Below are positions 11,014-21,943 of a stretch of 40,108 bases of DNA, in pieces. The position numbers were made by a program, and so were the translations under genes. Source of the DNA: Octopus bimaculoides (lineage: Eukaryota). The notes beneath the pieces were generated by a model. It worked only from the letters and a program-made list of their open reading frames with translations. It made no database searches and was not told the DNA's origin. Each line of letters opens with the position of its first letter. Position 1 is the first letter of the stretch. Location of the stretch: contig NC_068996.1 of assembly GCF_001194135.2 (NCBI RefSeq), positions 33,314,940 to 33,355,047 on the forward strand, in the 5' to 3' direction.

Positions 11014-11760
11014 TCACCCAACACTGCAACTGTTTATGCCCTGTTTTGCCACAAGCAAAACATTCTTTATTCCTAAAGGTGCAATTTGCCACAACCATAA
11101 CACAGTTTCGGTTTTGTTTGTTTCATTTTTTTTGTGTGTCATAGGTTCAAATGCATATACATTTATAGTATTATTTTTAATTTTTTCAGTATCCTGCCAT
11201 AGGTTAATAATACATTGACATTCTTCTGCCACGTTTTGCAAGGTTAATTCAGTGTCTTGTGTCAATTTTGTTAATATTCTTGCTTGTATTTCTGCATCCT
11301 CACTTGCAGTTAGTCCTTTGACAAATATCAAATATTTAAATATATCTGGGGACAACTCTCCTAACTTGAATTTTTCGCATGCTTTGTTTACAATTCCTGC
11401 ATATGTAACAAAGTCATCATTTTCATTTTTTTCAAATTTAGGTATTCTCAACATATGTTGAATAGCAAGCTCTTTTCACTGAATATATTAAATAATATTT
11501 TAATTGTTTCTTCAAAACAAATTTCTGGCGGCTATTTTGGTAGAATAAAGTTGCAGTATTTCTCGTGCTCTGATGGAGCTAGTTTACACAAAAGAAGTCT
11601 TACCTTCTTTTCATTTGTCTAGCCTTTGCACTCCTCTTCAAATATTTCTTCATACCTTCTATAGTATGAAGAAAATGTAATCCCATCTTCAGGATTATAC
11701 AGGAATTCTTTAATGGAGTTGGCTACTCCATCTGCCAAATATGACGCCGCTGCATTCATG
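11014..11760 (-). pseudogene. Gypsy gag with tandem Cys-His knuckles
   Basis: NSIKEFLYNPEDGITFSSYYRRYEEIF...KVRLLLCKL...EHEKYCNFILPK; ENDDFVTYAGIVNKACEKFKL; CYGCGKLH / CFACGKTGHKQLQC. Stops and frameshifts present. Confidence 0.85.
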
Positions 11761-11861
11761 GATTGTAGCAATATTGTTCTTGGATTATATCACCTGCCAG
11801 GTAAAAGCGGCAACAACTTACAGAGCTTCGGGAGACACGTCCATCCACTTGAAAGGCAGAC

Positions 11862-12077
11862 AATCCTTTCTACTATAGGCACAAGGCCTGCAATTTTGGG
11901 GAAGGGGGCTAGTTGATTACATTGTACCCAGTGCATAACTGATATTTATTTCATTGATCCCAAAAGAATGAAAGGCAAAGGCAACCTTGACAGAATTTAA
12001 ACTCAGAACATGAAGGCAGAGGAAATACTGCTAAGCATTTTGCCCAGTATACTAACGATTCTGCCAGCCCACTGCCT
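11862..12077 (-). mobile_element. SINE family B
   Basis: aatcctttctactataggcacaaggcctg...gaatgaaaggcaaagg...aatttaaactcagaac...ctgccagcccactgcct; five further copies in the window. Confidence 0.85.
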
Positions 12078-12743
12078 TCTAAATCATCATCATCATCATC
12101 ACTTAACGTCCGCTTTCCATGCTAGCATGGGTTGGACGATTTGACTGGGGACTGGCGAAGCGGATGGTTACACCAGACTCCAATCTGATCTGGCAGTTTC
12201 TACAGCTGGATGCCATTCCTAATGCCAACCACTCCGAGTGTGTAGTGGGTGCTTTTACGTGCCACTAGCACGAGGGCCAGTCTAGCAGTACTGGCAACGG
12301 CCATGCTCACATGGTATTTTTTACATGCCACCTGCACAGGAGTCAGTCCAATGTTTTGTTCACATGCCACTGGCACGAGTGCCAGTAAGGCGAAGCTGGA
12401 AATGATCACACTCAAATGGTGCTTTTTACGTGCCACCGGCATGGAAGTGAGACCGCTACTCTGGCAGTGATCTCACTTGGATGGTGCTGTTAGCGCTCCT
12501 CTGGCACAGGTGCCAGTCATCAAATTTGGTTCAGTTTCGATCTCACTTGACCCAACAGGTCTTCGCAAGCTGAGTTTAGTGTCCAATGAAGGAAGGTTGG
12601 CATGGGTGCCAGTCAACGAATTTGGTTCAATTTTCGATTTTGATTTCACTTGCCTCAACAGGTCTTCGCAAGCAGGGTTTTGTGACCAAAGAATGAAAGG
12701 TATGCATAAGTGGGCTGGCTACACCCCTGGTAAAGGCCATGGG

Positions 12744-15600
12744 TTATGGTCTCACTTGTCTTGCCCGGGTCTTTTCATGCACAGCATATTTCCAAAGGTC
12801 TCGGTCACAAGTCATTGCCTTGGTGAGGCCTAATGTTCGAAAGTCGTGCTTCACTACCTCATCCCAGGTCTTCCTGGGCCTACCTCTTTCACAGGTTCCC
12901 TCAACCGCAAGGCTGTGGCCCTTTTTCCCACAGCTACCCTCATCCATTCTCACCAAATGATCATACCATGGCAGTCATATCTCTTGCACATCACAACTGA
13001 TGCTTCTTAGGTCCAACTTTTCTCTCAAGGTACTTACACTCTGTCGAGTATGCACACTGAGATTACCCATCCATTGGAGCATACTGGCTTCATTCCTTGT
13101 GAGATTACGCATGTCCTCAGCAGTCACAGCCCATGTTCCATTGCCATGTAGCATGGCTGTTTGTACACATGCATCATACAGTCTGCCTTTTACTGTGAGC
13201 TCTCTGAACTTTGCCCAGGCTATTCTTATTCTAGCAGCTACACTTTCAGTGCACCCTCCCCCGCCTACTGATTTGGTCACCTAGGTAAAGAAAGCTATCA
13301 ACAATGTCTAGTTTTTCTCCCTAGAATGTGGCAGAAGTTGTTCGCTGCTCATTTCCAGTGTTTATTGCTCCTGAGCATCTGCCACATACAAAAACTATCT
13401 TTCTAGTTAGCCTTCCTTTAATATTGCTACACCTCTTATGTGTCCATAGCTTGCACTGGGTACATCTTATAGAGTTTCTACCTATGCTTTTTCTACAGAT
13501 CAAGCAGGGCCATCTACCTGAAGGGGTTTGTGGTTTGTCTACCTTCCTACTTATTAGGACTTTGGTTTTAGCTAGATTGACTCTAAGGCCCTTCGATTCT
13601 AATCCTTGCTTCCACACCTGAAACTTCGCTTCTAGTTCTGATAGTGACTCAGCAATTAGAACAAGGTCATCAGCATAGAGGAGCTCCCAGGGGCAACCTG
13701 CCTTGAATTCCTGTTTTATTGCCTGGAGAACTATGGTAAATAGGAGGGGGATGAGGACTGAACCTTGGTGGACCCCTAACTCTACCTGGAATTCTTCACT
13801 GTACTCGTTGCCAACCCTCACCTTACTGACAGTGTCCCTGTACATGGCTCACACAGCTCTCACTAACCATTCATCTATCCCTAGTTTCCTCATTGACCAC
13901 CAGATAAGGGATCGGGGGACCCTGTCAAAGGCTTTCTCCATGTCAACGAAAGCCAGGTACAGAGGTTTATCTTGGGCTAGGTATTTCTCCTGCAGCTGTC
14001 TTACCAGAAATATAGCATCAGTGGTGCTTTTCCCTGGCACGAATCCAAACTGCATCTCATCTAAGCTGATTCNNNNNNNNNNNNNNNNNNNNNNNNNNNN
14101 NNNNNNNNNNNNNNNNNNNNNNNNNNNNNNNNNNNNNNNNNNNNNNNNNNNNNNNNNNNNNNNNNNNNNNNNNNNNNNNNNNNNNNNNNNNNNNNNNNNN
14201 NNNNNNNNNNNNNNNNNNNNNNNNNNNNNNNNNNNNTGATCGTTTTATCTACCAAGGTACTGTCAATTAGGATAGCTGGTCCCATTCATTCTCTTTATTA
14301 AGCAACCTTTCATAGTGGCGTCTCCAAACCTCTCTCTTTGCAGCCTCATGTACCATCATCCATGCGGACACATTTCTCTCCCATGACATCACGTGTCTTG
14401 CAACACGAAATACTTCAAGTCTTTGGTCCTTACAGTGCAGAACATTGACAAATGTTTTCTTATCTGCTTCCCCTCTGGCTAAATAAACCTGTTGCCTAGC
14501 TTCCCTTCTGGTAGTCTGATACAATTCCCTGCTACCTCCATTCTTTCAGTCCTTCCAAGCCTGTTTCTTTTCTCTAATAGCCCTGTCAACAACATTGTTT
14601 CACCACCACGTTACCTTGGGTCGAGAAGGGACTTTGCACCATCCACAGATCTGCTCAGTGGCCCTCAGCAGGTTGTCTCATAGAAACATCCAATTGTCTT
14701 CCACATTATGTGATGCTATATCCCCTTCTATTTCGTCGAAGGCTTTGAGTAACACATTTCTAAATCTCTGTCCATTTGCAGGATCTTTAAGCTTCTAGAC
14801 CCTTCTCCTCCAAGCTGGTCTACTTCTGGGCATCCATTTAGCCCTGATCCCGAAGTCACTAACTACTAATCTGTATTGAGGAGTACATTCTTTGCCTGGG
14901 AAGGTTTTGGCATTTATAAGCAGTCCTCTTTCCTTTTTTCTGGCGAGGATGTAGTCAATTTGGCTAGTGTGTCTGCCAGAACCGTAGGTGACTAGGTGGC
15001 TGGCAGGTTTCTTGAAGTTAGTATTGCAAACCATAAGATCATTTGCATCACAGAACTCCAGCAGTCTGGTTCCATCTTCATTGCGGGAACCAAAACCATA
15101 GCCTCTATGTACATCATGGAAGCCTCTTGCATATTGTCCAACATGTCCATTGAAATCACCAGCCACAAAGAGAAGGTCCTTGTCATTCGTCAATGAGGTA
15201 GTCTGCAAAAAGGTGTCATAAAATTGGTCTTTCTGCCCATTCAGTAGCTCCGGTTGAGGGGCATAGGCTGAGATAACGGTAGCTAACCTATGGTGAAGCA
15301 CTAATATAATCTTAAGTACTCTGTCACATACTCTGACTACCTCGATTACCTTATCAACCTATTTCTCTGCTAGAAGTATACCCACGCCCCCGACCCCATC
15401 AGTGTTCCCTGCCTAGAAAATCTTGTACCTGTGTTCTTTGCCTGTGAGGAACCTAGCGGAATCTCCTCTCCACCTTACTTCTTGGATGCAGCACAAATCT
15501 ACATGTCTCCGTTCAAGCATCTCAACAATCTCACCAGACCTACCTTTCAGCGTGCCGACGTTGAGTGTGCCAACTCTGAGAGTGTGGGAGGTGTGGGCCT
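12744..15600 (-). pseudogene. RTE ORF2 (endonuclease-reverse transcriptase), fragmented
   Basis: ORF-track pieces 15413-15697, 14795-15301, 14267-14524, 13849-14055, 13321-13845, 12975-13280 and 12744-12956 are collinear parts of one polyprotein. Confidence 0.92.
14073..14236. other. Assembly gap (N run)
   Basis: Continuous N inside the RTE. Confidence 1.
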
Positions 15601-15855
15601 GTGAGACCCTGGGATGAGGGACAGCAGTGTCACATACCTGAAAAGAAAGCTTGCATCTGGCATAATTCATAAAGAAACAATAGCCTACAACCTGCATACA
15701 CTACACCATTTTTATGCGCTATATGATCGATAAACCCTGGGTAGAGGTGGAGATGCCATTAGGCCCTTAGAAGTGTTCGCGGGAGACAACCAAGGATGAC
15801 AGAGGATAGGAACTTCCGGTAAAGGTGAAGGGGTGAGAGGGCAGGTGTACCGCTA

Positions 15856-16152
15856 GCCAGCAAGTTTAGGCAAGAGCATCTTCTGCACTTGTCTACTGCG
15901 GTAGACAAATTTAGAGAGAATAGATTAACGAAATGATAAACTTAGGGGGATATTCTTTGGGATTTTCAGTAACATAATTGAATGAAACAGCAAATGCTGA
16001 AATCGTGAGACAGAAGTGAAAAATATTTTGGGGATTCTGGGAAACAGAATTTAATGAAACAGCAAATGCCAGCGAGTTTAGGCGAGAGCAGCTTCTGCAC
16101 TTTTATACTATGGTAGACAAATTTAGAGAGTGAATTAAGAAATGATAAACTT
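15856..16152. repeat. Diverged direct repeat upstream of the RTE
   Basis: ccagc.agtttaggc.agagca.cttctgcactt...ggtagacaaatttagagag...gaaatgataaactt occurs at ~15856-15943 and ~16069-16152. Confidence 0.8.
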
Positions 16153-16361
16153 GAATAAAATAAAATAAATAAAATGTGACGATTAACGGATATGCATGAA
16201 TTTAAGACAAACAAGGAAGATGAATCTATCAGGCTATGTTTACATGGTAAAGTAATAGATAGATAATAAAGAACGAATGGGGCAGGGGGATAGGGTTATG
16301 ATCTACACAGAAACAAGAGTACATGAACGAGGTTGAAAGGATAAAATTCTTATCTTTATAA

Positions 16362-16573
16362 TACTTTCTACTATAAGTACAAGGCCTGAAATTTGTGAGA
16401 GGGGAATAGTCGATTACATCGACCCTAGTACTTAACTGGTACTTATTTCATCAACACTGAAAGGATGAAAGGTAAAGTCAATCTTGGCGGAATTTGAACT
16501 CAGAATGTAGCAACGGATGAAATACCATTAAGCATTTCGTCTAGTTGCTAACAATTCTGCCAACTCACTACCT
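16362..16573 (-). mobile_element. SINE family B
   Basis: Aligns with 11862-12077. Confidence 0.85.
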
Positions 16574-16721
16574 TTAATAATAATAATGATAATAATAATC
16601 CTATGTAATGCGCTTTCAACACAGTGAAAATAACAACACCAAAACAAACCACAGCCAAGGCACACAGAACTGTGCTTGGAAGTGCTGTGAAAGCATGTGA
16701 TAAAGATAAGACTACTGAATT

Positions 16722-17029
16722 GGAGACCCCCTTCGGTCATGACTGACCATGGGATTGCACCTAGAAAGTTACCCTCCCAGGCACAAGTCAGGGTAAGGTT
16801 GTTTATGGAAGACCAGCAGTCGCCCATGTATACCAGCCTCCCCTCTCCATGCCACCAAGGGAAAGGCAAAGGCCGATACAGCTTGGCACCTGTGACGTCA
16901 CAACTCATTTCTACAGCTGAGTGAACTGGAGCAACGTGAAATAAAGTGTCTTGCTCAAGAACACAACACGCAACCTGGTCCAGGATTCAAACTCACAACC
17001 TCACGGTCATAAGCTCGATGCTCTAACCA

Positions 17030-17033
<4 letters not shown>
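16722..17033 (-). mobile_element. tRNA-derived SINE with CORE-like central domain (family E)
   Basis: Minus strand: partial A box AGTGGTTAGAG, B box-like GTTTGAATCC, then tgtgttcttgagcaagacactttatttcacgttgctccagttcactcagctgtagaaatgagt, which resembles the CORE-SINE domain. Confidence 0.8.
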
Positions 17034-17067
<34 letters not shown>

Positions 17068-17070
<3 letters not shown>

Positions 17071-18096
17071 GGGGGAGGAGGAGATGATGCATCACCCAAA
17101 AGTGGATGTGTATTGTATTTATCTTCTCAAAGTCCAAGGAGGTTAGGGCTTGATATAATTTGAGCTCTCTTACAAAACCACCACAATTGGACTGACCAAA
17201 TATCTTGAAACAACAAATGACAGGATGCTAAAGCTCATTGAAAATCACAAGAAGTATAAAAAGCTTCATTCTGTCATAAAGGAGAGCAAAAAGTTTACTA
17301 TTGATCTCATGCATGATACCTGGGCTGAACAACCTGAAGGAAGTGTAGCAACTGTTGTTGAAAAGAAGGTTATATTAATGGCAAAGCAAAAAGCGTCTGA
17401 ACAATTGGCTGATAGGTGGAAACAAAAACCTCTGCATGGCAAATATGTGGCCCATAGCAAACAAGTTGATGTAGACCAGAGCATGCCCATCAATGGCTAT
17501 AGAGCTCAGGACTAAAGGCAGAGAGCAAAGGTTTTATCATAGCTGTTCAAGATCAGAGCTTATTGATCTTGTCAAGTCAATATGATGAAAAATGGAGCAG
17601 ATCCAAAATGCCAATTCTGCAATGATGTGATTGAAACAGTGGACCACCTAATTTCTGGATGTAAAGTCTTAGCTCCAGTGGGATATAAATCAAGACATGA
17701 CAAAGTTGGCAAATATCTACACTGGTTAATATATCAGCATTATAAAATCAAAACTGCTGACAAATGGTATAATCACTACTCTGAGGCTGTAACTGAGTGA
17801 GAAAATGTAAAAATTCTTTGGGACTTTCCAGTACATACAAACCAAACCATCAAAGCTAATAAACTAGATATTGTTGTAAAAAACCAAAACAATAAAGTCT
17901 GTTCATTGAATGACATAAGCAATTACTTGTGATCATATTTCAGAAAAAGAATTTGACAAGCTCAGAAAATATAAAGATTTGCTCATTGAAATTGAAAAAA
18001 ATGGCATTTCAAGATGGTTACAATACCAGTGACTGTAGGAGCACTTGGAATGATCAAAAAAGAAACTAAAAATTATTTGGGGATGATCCCTGGCTT
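17068..18096 (+). mobile_element. R4/Dong-like (RLE-type) LINE fragment a, truncated at both ends
   Basis: HHPKVDV..IYL...GG.GL; WKQKPLHGKY; CQFCNDVIETVDHLISGCKVLAPVGYKSRHDKV (CCHC); ILWDF...KLDIVV; TIPVTVGALG. Begins right after (AAT)n. Confidence 0.85.
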
Positions 18097-18227
18097 GAAA
18101 GTGTATATTCTCAGAAAATATTCTGAATCTGCTTCATTTTCACTTCCCAGAATGTATGAGGAGAAATATGTTTGCAGCTTATTAACATCACGCCCTGGAA
18201 GAATGAATAAGATGACTGGAGACTTCG

Positions 18228-19673
18228 GATTTGACCAAATAAGATGATGTGGATGATCGGAGCAGCGATGGAGATAAATGAGGGATGATGTGGGCTTGCA
18301 AAATAACTCTGTCACTATTCTGCCTCCAGAAAACTTGACTTTTGTGTCCAAAAATTCAACGCTAGTTTTTGAAAAACTAGACGTAAATTTTATGTTGGAC
18401 TTAAAGCCATAGTTTCTAGCATAACAGTCACGGAAATGTAAGAAGTCCATTAAACTATCCTGTGATCCTTCCCAGACAAAAACTACGTCATCAATGAACT
18501 GTAACCAGAGTATTGGTTCATGACCATGAAGGGATTTGAATGTCTTCAGTAACTGTGTCTCGAATTTCATCATGGAGACATTAGCGAAATTAACTGCCAT
18601 GGGGGTACCCATGGTGCAACCCTTCGTCTGGTGGTAAAATTTTTGTCTAAACTTCATTGTGTTACTTTCTAACACAAACCTCAATAATCTACAAAGAAAA
18701 TTTGATGGAATACTTTTGTTTGACTGCTTTTTGAAGGTATCCAAGCATGCTTCTACCCCTTCATTGTGGTCAATATTGGGATATAAGGAAGAAACACCCA
18801 TGGTTACCAAAAAACAGTTCACGATACAGCTTCAGTGCTTAAAAAAGTTGTTGATTTTAGATGCAAAATCAAAGGTATCCCGAATATAGGAACTTGATCG
18901 TTTTGCGACGGTGAGTAGAAAGCCATCCAGCCATTCCAAAATTTTGGCCGTACAGCATTCATATCCGCTGCAAATTGGGCGCATTGGAAGAAATCTTTCA
19001 AACTTTTTGTGTATTTTAGGGAGACCATAAAATACAGGCATTCTTCTTTCTGACCTTAAAATCTTAGATTCAGCCTTATTAACGAAATTGTTTTCCTCCA
19101 TTTCCAGAATTATTTTGTCAAGTTCCTCTCTGTAATTGGGGTTTGGATCGGCAGGTAATTCTTCATATGAAGTTTTGTAATTCAAAACTTCTTCANNNNN
19201 NNNNNNNNNNNNNNNNNNNNNNNNNNNNNNNNNNNNNNNNNNNNNNNNNNNNNNNNNNNNNNNNNNNNNNNNNNNNNNNNNNNNNNNNNNNNNNNNNNNN
19301 NNNNNNNNNNNNNNNNNNNNNNNNNNNNNNNNNNNNNNNNNNNNNNNNNNNNNNNNNNNNNNNNNNNNNNNNNTTTCTCTAATGCCTGCCTGACAAGATT
19401 CAAGAAATTCCAGTGGTGCTTGTGAATGTCCCTCCAAAACTTTATCTGGATACCAATTGGGATTCTTTTCAATCCAATTATGCCAGATTTGATCATCATC
19501 ATTTTTATTTTTAGTAAACATAAGGGTTTTCTGACTCCTCGTTACCAGTTTTTTCAAAAACATATTCTTTCAGCTTGTGATGGCAGACAAACTGAAATAG
19601 CCCTTGAGCTAGTTTATTCTTGTCGAAATTCTTAGTGCTTGGGCAAAAACTCAGTCCAAGCTCTAAGACAGAC
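18228..19673 (-). mobile_element. Penelope-like element RT fragment (no GIY-YIG domain seen)
   Basis: SVLELGLSFCP; PVFYGLPKIHK..PMRPICS; YIRDTFDF; LVTMGVSSLYPNI; YHQTKGCTMGTPMAVNFAN; FIDDVVFVW; VEFLDTKV; FCKPT...YLH..SDHP. May extend down to ~18100. Confidence 0.9.
19196..19373. other. Assembly gap (N run)
   Basis: Continuous N inside the Penelope-like element. Confidence 1.
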
Positions 19674-19674
<1 letters not shown>

Positions 19675-19717
<43 letters not shown>

Positions 19718-19918
19718 CCTTTCTACAATAGGTACAAGGCCTGAAATATTTTTGGTGGGAGCAGTTGATAAATTAAGTACATAACTGCTACTTAATTTAT
19801 CAACACTGAAAGGATGAAAGGCAAAGGCAACCTCGGCAGAATTTGAACTCAGAACATAAAGACATGAAATACCGCTAAGCATTTCACCCAGTGTGCTAAC
19901 AATTCTGCCAGCTTGCCA
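19675..19918 (-). mobile_element. SINE family B with long (ATT)n tail
   Basis: Body at 19718-19918 aligns with the other family-B copies; plus-strand (AAT)n at ~19675-19717. Confidence 0.85.
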
Positions 19919-19920
19919 CA

Positions 19921-20419
19921 TAGTGTTATCATATACATTGTTTAGTCTTGGTATAAAAGATGGGCTACAGTAAATATTCTGCTCAATACCACAGATTTGC
20001 TTGTCAGTTGTTTGACCTTTACCAGTTGAGCATGTCCTTTAGTGGCTGACGATATGTGCATCTCTAATCATGAGCAGAAGTAGTGGGGGAGCACCATAGC
20101 CATGTGTTGAGAGGAATTCTTTGGGGTTTGGATAATTCACCACTGGAAACATGGGTGTTTCATTCAACATCCTTAACCCTTATTCAAGGACCATTTGAGT
20201 GGGATGGGCTACTTGAAGAAAATTTTAACTGGGCCCCACCTGCAAGGTCATGTGCTGTTTATCTTGATACAAGATCACCATGTCGCGCACATATGGTTGT
20301 GATGCATATGCCTGGTGTGCCCTTATCAGACGGGTAGCCATGATGGATATACTGGACTTTGTATATTATACCCCAGCGTCACTTTGATGGCATGCTCTAC
20401 TCTCTCACTCAATAATAAT

Positions 20420-20461
<42 letters not shown>
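19921..20461 (+). mobile_element. Unclassified ~490-bp retroposon (family D) with (AAT)n tail
   Basis: agtgttatcat...gatgggctacag...ctctctcactc(aat)n; homologous to 20462-20694 + 25723-25971 and to 39100-39601. Confidence 0.75.
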
Positions 20462-20462
<1 letters not shown>

Positions 20463-21943
20463 GTGTTATCATGTACATGTCTTGTCTTGGTGTAAAAGAT
20501 GGGCTACAGCAAATATTCTGCTCAATACCACATATTTACTTGTCAGTTGTTTGACCATAACCAGTTGAGCATATCCCTTATTGGCTGTCAGTATATGCAT
20601 CTCTGATCACAAGCAGAAGTAGTGGGGGTGCATCACAGCCATCTGTTGGGAGGAATTCTTCTGGAAACATGGGTGTTTTGTTCAACGTCCTTAACCCTTT
20701 AGTGTTTAGATAAGTCATAACCAGCCAAAACTTATTCCCCTTTATTTGTTTGAACTGGCTGTATCTGATTTCCATATAAAATTGCTAAAAGAATAAACAA
20801 ATTAGATTATTGAATTGTCGTAGCTTTGAGATAATGTGAGATAAAACCTTTCCCACCTTTATTTGAGTAAAGAACATGATGAAATTTTTGAGACTTCTTG
20901 GTTTCTTTTCAATGTTAGAAGAGAGGTGTATATCTTAGTTTTTAATGAAATGGTGTCAGCAAGTAGCAATTCTGATTTCGAAGGTTTTACTTTTGATGTT
21001 CAAAATATAATTGAAACAACAGTGATTTGTCTTCAGATGAATCATACTGACATTTATGAATCTTCATCAGATGAGGAAGATTTTGATAATGAAAGTGATA
21101 AAAATGAAAGTAATGAAAATGATATTGAAAACATTACGGCAAAATGGTTGAAGATTACTACATCAACCAGAATTCCCAATTTTACAAAAAAGACTAGTCC
21201 ACAATACAGTCTACCTCCTGGTGCTCAACCATTGGACTATTTATTTTTACTATAAAGTTCTTTTGAATCTGTCACAGAGGAAACAGATGCTCAATGCATA
21301 ATTTCTATTTGTGGAAGACTCAATCCACTATGGCAGCTAACTGATACTGCGCAAATGCAAGCTTTTTTTGTTTAATATAAAGTATAAGTTCCGATCACAA
21401 AATCATAGAAAAGACACCAGCCTATTAAGCATAAAAAGATGTGTAGAAAACGAATATGTAAGCAAAAATTTGAGCAAGCGAACGGATGTGGGGGTGTGGA
21501 GAGGACTTTCAGAAAATTCACACGATCCATTTTTTAACTTCATAACTTTTAGGAAAATGGATATCTTTTACTGAAATTTTACAGAAACACCTTTCAAACA
21601 GCATAGATTATGATTATAAAGAAATTTGTAGGGAAAATGTTCTCCAAAGGGATGGGGAGAGGACTATCAGAAAATTCACTCAATCTGTTTTTTTTCCCTC
21701 ATAACTTTCAGGATCTAGTTTAGCACCCAGTCATCCAAAACAAAGAAAAAATAGACTAGTCTAATAGGTGTAAAAAAACGTGTAGAAAATGAATATGAAA
21801 ATAAAAATTTGTGCAAACATACATATACATACCTTCATCTTGGTTGGTAATTATTTGATGGCAACGATTTGAGAGAGGAAAGTATAATTTAGCTGCCTCT
21901 ATAAAGAGCTTGTGCAACAGACTTTCTTCATGTTTAGAAGTTA

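Larger units (their letters stand above)
5077..11760 (-). mobile_element. Ty3/gypsy LTR retrotransposon (Mag/K02A2.6-like), decayed, interrupted by three insertions; 5' LTR not found
   Basis: Minus-strand order gag-CCHC-PR-RT-RH-IN-PPT-LTR. Reading frames rejoin across each insertion. Confidence 0.92.
12083..15860 (-). mobile_element. Near-full-length RTE-clade LINE (APE endonuclease + RT + PHD-type finger), decayed; 5' boundary uncertain (may extend to ~16150)
   Basis: LRVGTLNVGTL...DLCCIQEVRW, VISAYAPQ, VAGDFNGHVG, SQIDYIL (APE); MQFGFVPGKSTTDAIF, FVDMEKAFDRV, GVHQGSVL, LLYADDLVL (RT); (GAT)n tail at 12083-12101. Confidence 0.93.

Noticed and set aside
14073-14236. Internal deletion in the minus-strand RTE
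   Set aside because: The homologous interval in the plus copy is ~270 bp versus 164 N, but gap lengths are estimates, so nothing can be concluded.
11760-16360. 5' LTR and primer-binding site of the gypsy element
   Set aside because: No match to 5077-5261 was seen by eye on either side of the RTE.
20035-20105. Hammerhead ribozyme in family D (CTGACGA...GAAG)
   Set aside because: The required GAAA core and a convincing stem II/III are missing.
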